Below are positions 58,973 through 64,000 of a stretch of DNA of 64,000 nt, in pieces (within the stretch, counting starts at the first letter, position 1; every line of letters begins with the position of its first letter). Made by a program: the position numbers and the translations under genes. Source of the DNA: a virus (taxonomy: Duplodnaviria; Caudoviricetes); the IMG/VR virus record IMGVR_UViG_3300014208_000023, positions 128,001-192,000 of that record, one strand, 5' to 3'. The notes below the pieces were generated by a model that was given only the letters and a program-made list of their open reading frames with translations, did not search any database and was not told the DNA's origin.

Positions 58973-59287
58973 TTATCTAGTAGCCCAAGCATCTACTCTA
59001 ATTGTTACTGGACCAGAGCTTCCATCTTTAATTTTAAACCATATTTTCGATACAACTCTGTTATCAAAAGTAATTCCTCTGCTTGGTAAAGAAGGATCTA
59101 ATTCTCCATGCACCGCGTTTCCATTAAAGCTATATTCTACTATTCCAGAATTATTTTCATTTAAAAACATGACGGATTCAGTAGCAAATGTAATTATGGC
59201 ATCACAAGTATCAGAAAATGTATTGTTGGTTACAATTATTTTCTTATAAAAATTAAAATCAAAACCTAATGTAATTTTATTTGCCAT
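58973..59287 (-). CDS. Small beta-rich protein, paralog of 57806..58120
   Basis: FYKKIIV...NENNSGIVEYSFNGNAVHGELDP...KIWFKIKDGSSGPVTIRVDAW. Confidence 0.65.
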   Translation of the reverse strand: MANKITLGFDFNFYKKIIVTNNTFSDTCDAIITFATESVMFLNENNSGIVEYSFNGNAVHGELDPSLPSRGITFDNRVVSKIWFKIKDGSSGPVTIRVDAWATR

Positions 59288-59293
59288 AATTTC

Positions 59294-60070
59294 CTACAAA
59301 AATAATCTTACGTCAAAAGAACTAAACCAATTTGCTCCAGAAGCACTTGATGGTTTAATATAAGATATTATTTTAATTGGTCCTTTTAGAATAATCGGCG
59401 CCACGATAGGTCTAATTATTGATCCGCTAGTAGTAATAAATATATTTTCAGTTATCTGAATTTCAGGTTGATTTGGTAATTTGCTTTTTAATAAAAAATA
59501 TCCACTTAGATTGGTGTCCGATCCACAAGTTACCGCTAAAATATTAATTTTTTGTCCACCACCAACATAATAGTGTCCCCAAAAAGTTTGAGTATCGGCG
59601 ACAGCAATTGTCCCTATAGTTCCACCATCACCAGAATTATTTACGAATAATGAAATAATTCCAGCATTAGTATTTCCAGAATCAGCCGACACTACTTTAA
59701 TATTTTGAATATAACAAATATCGTTATTTTGTGTTGGAACGAAAGTAGTTCCATTAAGAAGAACTATTTCTTCTCGTGGTCCCTCGAAAAATTGCGTAAA
59801 ATAAGTAATTTTAATTGATTGGGCCCCAGTTCCTCCCTGAACATCATTAACGTTGTTAGATGCTACTGATCTTTGAGCATTAGAAGATTGTTCAGTATAT
59901 GTGGTGCCCAATACTTTAGCCAAACTAACGCTTGAAGTAGATATTTTTCCTATTACAATTTCGCCAACAACCTCTGGATCTGTTGATATTACTTTTAAGG
60001 CATTATCTTTTGTTACTTGAGCTTTAAATCCATTACCCGAACCATCTACTATTAAAGATGATATTGACAT
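59294..60070 (-). CDS. Beta-rich putative virion protein
   Basis: N-terminus IVDGSGNGFKAQVTKDNALKV is shared with the upstream gene; beta-sandwich composition. Confidence 0.6.
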   Translation of the reverse strand: MSISSLIVDGSGNGFKAQVTKDNALKVISTDPEVVGEIVIGKISTSSVSLAKVLGTTYTEQSSNAQRSVASNNVNDVQGGTGAQSIKITYFTQFFEGPREEIVLLNGTTFVPTQNNDICYIQNIKVVSADSGNTNAGIISLFVNNSGDGGTIGTIAVADTQTFWGHYYVGGGQKINILAVTCGSDTNLSGYFLLKSKLPNQPEIQITENIFITTSGSIIRPIVAPIILKGPIKIISYIKPSSASGANWFSSFDVRLFL

Positions 60071-60071
60071 A

Positions 60072-60662
60072 TTAGATCTCGTTTACATCTAAAAACTGTA
60101 TAACATATGCTACGCCAACTTTTATACTGGTATTTCCTGTAGGTGGTTGTACTGTAGTAGTAAGATTTGCTCCAACTGGAAGTATAACTCCTGGAGAAAC
60201 TAAATCAGTTCTTGGCGTAGAATAAATTCTAGACAATCCAAGCGTACCGCCAGTTATTGTCTTACCTTCCCCACCAACAAATGCAGATATTTGAGCCGGA
60301 ACAGTGCTTCCCAAATTTCTATTGGAGACTGATGGGGCTGATCCTGCAGAAATAATTGTTCCACCAATTGAGTTGATATAACTTTTAACAATTATATCTC
60401 CAACAACGTTGCTATTACCAAATGAATATAATATTGTTGATAATTGCAAAAGCAGAGTATTATGAGTATTTTTTACATAAATAACTGCTGATTCTCCGGC
60501 TGTAGTTAGCGTCACAACGCCCGTATCTACGTAATAACCATTAAATCCAATTGAGCCGGCCTCTAATCCAGTATAAGATACTGCTGCGGCCTTAATTCTA
60601 TTGTTGGAAGTGACTCCAGTTAATTTTCCAGACCCAGTACCATCACTTATTACTATTGACAT
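60072..60662 (-). CDS. Beta-rich putative virion protein
   Basis: N-terminus ISDGTGSGKLTGVTSNNRIKA; Gly/Thr/Val-rich. Confidence 0.6.
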   Translation of the reverse strand: MSIVISDGTGSGKLTGVTSNNRIKAAAVSYTGLEAGSIGFNGYYVDTGVVTLTTAGESAVIYVKNTHNTLLLQLSTILYSFGNSNVVGDIIVKSYINSIGGTIISAGSAPSVSNRNLGSTVPAQISAFVGGEGKTITGGTLGLSRIYSTPRTDLVSPGVILPVGANLTTTVQPPTGNTSIKVGVAYVIQFLDVNEI

Positions 60663-60681
60663 TTAAACCCCCCGGTCAATG

Positions 60682-60930
60682 TTATGAGTTACAAATATTG
60701 GATAAATAAAAATTCATTTTTTTAAGCTCTGCCAATATTTCTTTCAATGTATCACTTGAAAATTGATCTGACACAACCAATGCAGGAGCTCCGTCTTTGT
60801 TAACAAACAAGGACGTTACTTTATTTTCTTTACTTATTCCAGAAATTAATACTGGATTTGAGGTTGCACCTGATCCTTCGGGAGTCTGTCCTTGTATGTC
60901 TATATTTTTTGGTGTAGCAAACCCACTCAT
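60682..60930 (-). CDS. Small hypothetical protein
   Basis: GGAG RBS; beta N-terminus plus helical C-terminus (TLKEILAELKKMNFYL). Confidence 0.6.
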   Translation of the reverse strand: MSGFATPKNIDIQGQTPEGSGATSNPVLISGISKENKVTSLFVNKDGAPALVVSDQFSSDTLKEILAELKKMNFYLSNICNS

Positions 60931-60972
60931 AGAATCTCCAAATTATTACTTTTGGAATACTATATTATGCAG

Positions 60973-61836
60973 TTATTCTACAATATATTTTCGTTTGGCA
61001 GTATGATAGCCAATATTAATCATATCTCTTATGTGTCCAGGATCGAACTTAAGAATGTGTTCGGTAAGGTTATTGTCTGGCCTAATAATCTGAATTTTTA
61101 TCTCTTTCTTGTCAGTTAATCCGGCCCTAGCTAATTTATTGTAAATTAAGACCTTTTCAAGATCATTAGATAGAATTTTATCTGTAGTAAGGTCAAGCGC
61201 CCTAAATACTACGTCTATTGATGTTGGGTTCTCATAAAATCGTTTAACTCTTAACTCTGGAGATGTAAATACTAAAGTAATCTCCTCTGCACCCATCTGT
61301 ATGGCTTGCTCTAATGGAGAGCACTGTTTAATTCCGGCATCAATAAAATAATGGTTATCTATTTTAACTGGAGTAAAGGCTCCTGGAAAAGTGGCCGAGG
61401 CCGCAATTGCTTTGAGAAAATTGGGGTGTGATGGATGAAAGCACATATATTTGCCAGAATCCACACTAACCGCGCCAGCTATGGTTACCTTGCCAGAAGA
61501 CCGTATCTTCTTAAGAGAAATTGTTTTCTCAATAAGCTTCTGCATTGGCCTGGAATTAAATATTGATGATTTCCATATGCCAGCTAGTCGCCCAAATAGA
61601 AACCAGTTAGTATAGATTTGATCGGCAGTTAAATTGCTCCAAAACCCCTCTAATTGGTCTGCGGCATCCTTTTCACTGCCAGTTTTGAACTGCGATAGAA
61701 AAGCCGCATTTATAGTTCCAGCTGATGAGCCTATATAAGCATCATATTGTAATTTAAGGTCTCCGAGTAAATACTTGATAGCGCCAACCTGAAATGAGCA
61801 CTTTTCTGCGCCCCCAGCCATTACCAAAGCTCTCAT
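60973..61836 (-). CDS. Patatin-like phospholipase
   Basis: ALVMAGGAEKCSFQVG (Gly-rich oxyanion loop), GSSAG nucleophile elbow, FIDAG (DGG-type Asp). Confidence 0.9.
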   Translation of the reverse strand: MRALVMAGGAEKCSFQVGAIKYLLGDLKLQYDAYIGSSAGTINAAFLSQFKTGSEKDAADQLEGFWSNLTADQIYTNWFLFGRLAGIWKSSIFNSRPMQKLIEKTISLKKIRSSGKVTIAGAVSVDSGKYMCFHPSHPNFLKAIAASATFPGAFTPVKIDNHYFIDAGIKQCSPLEQAIQMGAEEITLVFTSPELRVKRFYENPTSIDVVFRALDLTTDKILSNDLEKVLIYNKLARAGLTDKKEIKIQIIRPDNNLTEHILKFDPGHIRDMINIGYHTAKRKYIVE

Positions 61837-61860
61837 ATATATTCCTAATTAAATACGAAT

Positions 61861-62748
61861 TTATTGTTCTTCGTAAGTGCTCAAAATTTTAGTTATTTTA
61901 ATAGTCAAATCAACATAAAATGTATCTATTGATTTTGAATCGATCATTTTTAAGAAATTTTCAATAGCTATCGTTAGTGGCTGCTTTGAATAATCAAAAT
62001 CAATTTTAGTATCCCCAATAAATAATTTGCATGACGATAGATCATCATAAACTATATTACTTATTTTACCATTATCTTCATACCATACCGAAAAATATCT
62101 AGATTTATTAACGGCTCCATTACCAACAAATGAGCTAGTTTTTATCTGGCCAAAATCAAGATCAATACAATATGTTTGTCCAGATTTAGTCTCAATATGA
62201 TTTGTAATACAGATACTATCCGGATCTTTATCTATTAAAGATAAAATCATACTTAAATCATGTGGCCCATAATCCCATAGTGATGAAAATTCTTCTTTAG
62301 TTTTACTTGGGCCATATCCAGAACTAACAATACGAAGTATTTTTTTATTATCAACAATTTCTTTAAGCTTTTGAAAAGCTGGAGAAAACAAGTGGATATA
62401 ATCAACAAGTAATTTTTTATTTTTAGATCGTGAAGTAAGACTCTCTATTTGATCATTATCAATAAGAAGCGGTTTCTCTGCTAGAACTGGAATATCATAA
62501 TAAAGATAATCGATTGCAATAGTTCCAGTAAATATTGAGGCAACTATAATTCCATCCAAATTCTCTTTCTCTCTATGAAAATCCTGCCAATCAGTATATA
62601 GTTTACAAGTATCAGGAATAAAGCCTGGTCTTTCATTTTTTCTTCTGGCCATCGCCACTAGTTCGATATTAGGCATTGCAGCTATTGTTTTACAATAATT
62701 CTCGGCCCAACGACCGGCGCCCACTATTCCTAAATGATAAATTTTCAT
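61861..62748 (-). CDS. Gfo/Idh/MocA-family NAD(P)-dependent oxidoreductase
   Basis: LGIVGAGRWA Rossmann motif, VLAEKP, and WDYGPHDLSM catalytic segment. Confidence 0.9.
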   Translation of the reverse strand: MKIYHLGIVGAGRWAENYCKTIAAMPNIELVAMARRKNERPGFIPDTCKLYTDWQDFHREKENLDGIIVASIFTGTIAIDYLYYDIPVLAEKPLLIDNDQIESLTSRSKNKKLLVDYIHLFSPAFQKLKEIVDNKKILRIVSSGYGPSKTKEEFSSLWDYGPHDLSMILSLIDKDPDSICITNHIETKSGQTYCIDLDFGQIKTSSFVGNGAVNKSRYFSVWYEDNGKISNIVYDDLSSCKLFIGDTKIDFDYSKQPLTIAIENFLKMIDSKSIDTFYVDLTIKITKILSTYEEQ

Positions 62749-63365
62749 TTTTTTCCTTTTCGAACTTTACGCATTTTCTTTGCTTCGTTATAATCACTCT
62801 CCCATATAGAAATAACCTTATAGCCAGCTTTTACTATAAGAGCCTCTCTCTTTAGTGTATCTTGATATAACTTACCAAAAGTCTTCTTAGCAATCGGATT
62901 ACGATCGCTAGGATTATAGATTTTAGGGTTACCGTGCCAGAAGTCGCCCAGATACTCATACACGATCTTGTTTTTACGATCAATACCATCAGGCCGAATA
63001 GACTTATTGCCAATGACGAGGATATTATTGCGCTCTTTCACGCCCAGCTCATCCAGCCACTCTGTTTCACCCTTCGATATGCTGCCAGAACATTTCGGAC
63101 AACCCATTTTATGTAGAATATGGACAGCTGGGCTTATTTCAAATATACCATGTTTCCTGCACCCGATTGCGCCGGGGGTTAGGAAATCAACGAATACGAA
63201 TCTATCATAATTGTATTTGTTACGATGAAGCTTTTTTGCCTTTAGGATAAAATTCGCACGGACCGCATCCGTCTCTTGTTTGTTCTTGTACCCAATGCAC
63301 CATGGACACTCATTACTTAAGTAGTTTGAGGCATATCTCCCGTGTTTAGAGCATATAAATGCCAT
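62745..63365 (-). CDS. Putative homing endonuclease (Zn-finger repeat plus Vsr-like PD-(D/E)xK domain)
   Basis: KYNYD...CRKHGIF...GCPKC followed by RPDG...YEYLGDFWHG; inserted between two sugar-pathway genes. Confidence 0.72.
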   Translation of the reverse strand: MAFICSKHGRYASNYLSNECPWCIGYKNKQETDAVRANFILKAKKLHRNKYNYDRFVFVDFLTPGAIGCRKHGIFEISPAVHILHKMGCPKCSGSISKGETEWLDELGVKERNNILVIGNKSIRPDGIDRKNKIVYEYLGDFWHGNPKIYNPSDRNPIAKKTFGKLYQDTLKREALIVKAGYKVISIWESDYNEAKKMRKVRKGKK

Positions 63366-63376
63366 ACTATATGCGA

Positions 63377-64000
63377 TTATACGTAAAAGTTAGGGTTAGC
63401 CGCGTACCAGCTAATTGTCTTTCTAATTCCGTCATTGAAAGATACTTTTGGTATCCATCCGAGCTTTTTGATCTTTGAACAATCAACCGAATATCTAAAG
63501 TCATGGCCTTTACGATCTTCGACATGCTTAATCATGGCAATAGTTTCCATTAATCGACTAATCTCATCGACCATCTCAATGTTTGTTTTTTCTATGCCAG
63601 AACCTATATTGTAGGTCTCTCCGAGAACTCCTTTTTCAAGAACAGTCATGACGGCCGCATTATGATCTTCCACGAAGATCCATTCACGGAGATTTGCTCC
63701 AGAGCCATGAATAGGTATTTCGCGATTATTCATTAGTGAATCAATAACTACCGGTATTAGATTTCTTACCGGTTGGCGGCCGCCGTAATTATTACAGCAG
63801 CGCGTAATCATCGCTGGCAACTTATGAGTTTCAATCGCGGCCTTCACGAGTAGTTCAGCGGAAGCCTTCGTGGCAGAGTATGGGTTTCTTGGAGCCATAC
63901 AGTCTTCTTCGGTCCAGGGAATCTCATCTATTGATTTAAGTTGTCCATATACTTCGTCTGTAGAAATTTGGATAAATTTCTCTACGCCATATTTGACTGA
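63377..64000 (-). CDS. rfbB: dTDP-glucose 4,6-dehydratase, 5'-truncated by the window edge
   Basis: The frame stays open to base 64000 and reads KFIQISTDEVYG...PRNPYSATKAS (YxxxK), then GSGANLREWIFVEDH and EDRKGHDFRYSVD. Confidence 0.9.
   Translation of the reverse strand, partial: SVKYGVEKFIQISTDEVYGQLKSIDEIPWTEEDCMAPRNPYSATKASAELLVKAAIETHKLPAMITRCCNNYGGRQPVRNLIPVVIDSLMNNREIPIHGSGANLREWIFVEDHNAAVMTVLEKGVLGETYNIGSGIEKTNIEMVDEISRLMETIAMIKHVEDRKGHDFRYSVDCSKIKKLGWIPKVSFNDGIRKTISWYAANPNFYV

Noticed and set aside
3106-63210. Short antisense or nested ORFs in the track (for example 7137, 18901, 24179, 36767, 41080, 42907, 47347, 49023)
   Set aside because: They lie inside long, motif-supported genes, mostly on the opposite strand, and have no RBS or family motifs.
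1-64000. CRISPR array, tRNA genes, diversity-generating retroelement, stop-codon reassignment, or a capsid-less contractile injection system
   Set aside because: No spaced repeats, tRNA arms, reverse transcriptase or template/variable repeat pair seen by eye. Genes are full length in the standard code, and a major capsid gene is present.

Overview
The window is the virion-morphogenesis region of a large, AT-rich (about 30-40% GC in the lines I counted) contractile-tailed (jumbo-type) phage. It uses the standard genetic code. On the minus strand, about 47 kb (6.2-53.7 kb) encodes neck and head-closure proteins, fibre-like proteins, tail terminator, sheath, tube, a tail-assembly chaperone with a -1 frameshift, tape measure, tube initiator, hub, spike, gp25-like and baseplate J-like wedge proteins, and very large LamG- or dockerin-like baseplate proteins. 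The HK97-type major capsid gene stands alone on the plus strand (55893..56900). Accessory genes flank the module: GT2 and GT4 glycosyltransferases, an RfbB dehydratase, a Gfo/Idh/MocA oxidoreductase, a lipoprotein GH5 cellulase-esterase, a PhyH dioxygenase, a patatin, a cold-shock protein and three putative homing endonucleases. Five observations stand out. (1) The tripeptide DGY occurs 28 times in ten peripheral virion proteins, including a six-copy tandem array, and never in the capsid, tube, tape measure, hub or spike; it is a candidate modification or docking motif, possibly linked to the glycosylation genes. (2) A baseplate gene is broken in the middle of a LamG domain by a 2.4 kb insert. 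(3) That insert carries a roughly 60% GC tailspike-like gene followed by the truncated start of a donor gene. (4) A conserved AATAWnnnnRYAT motif lies just upstream of many late genes. (5) Linker style and codon bias point to a high-GC, possibly myxobacterial, host. No tRNA, rRNA, CRISPR array, portal or terminase was seen. All product calls come from motif reading, not database searches.
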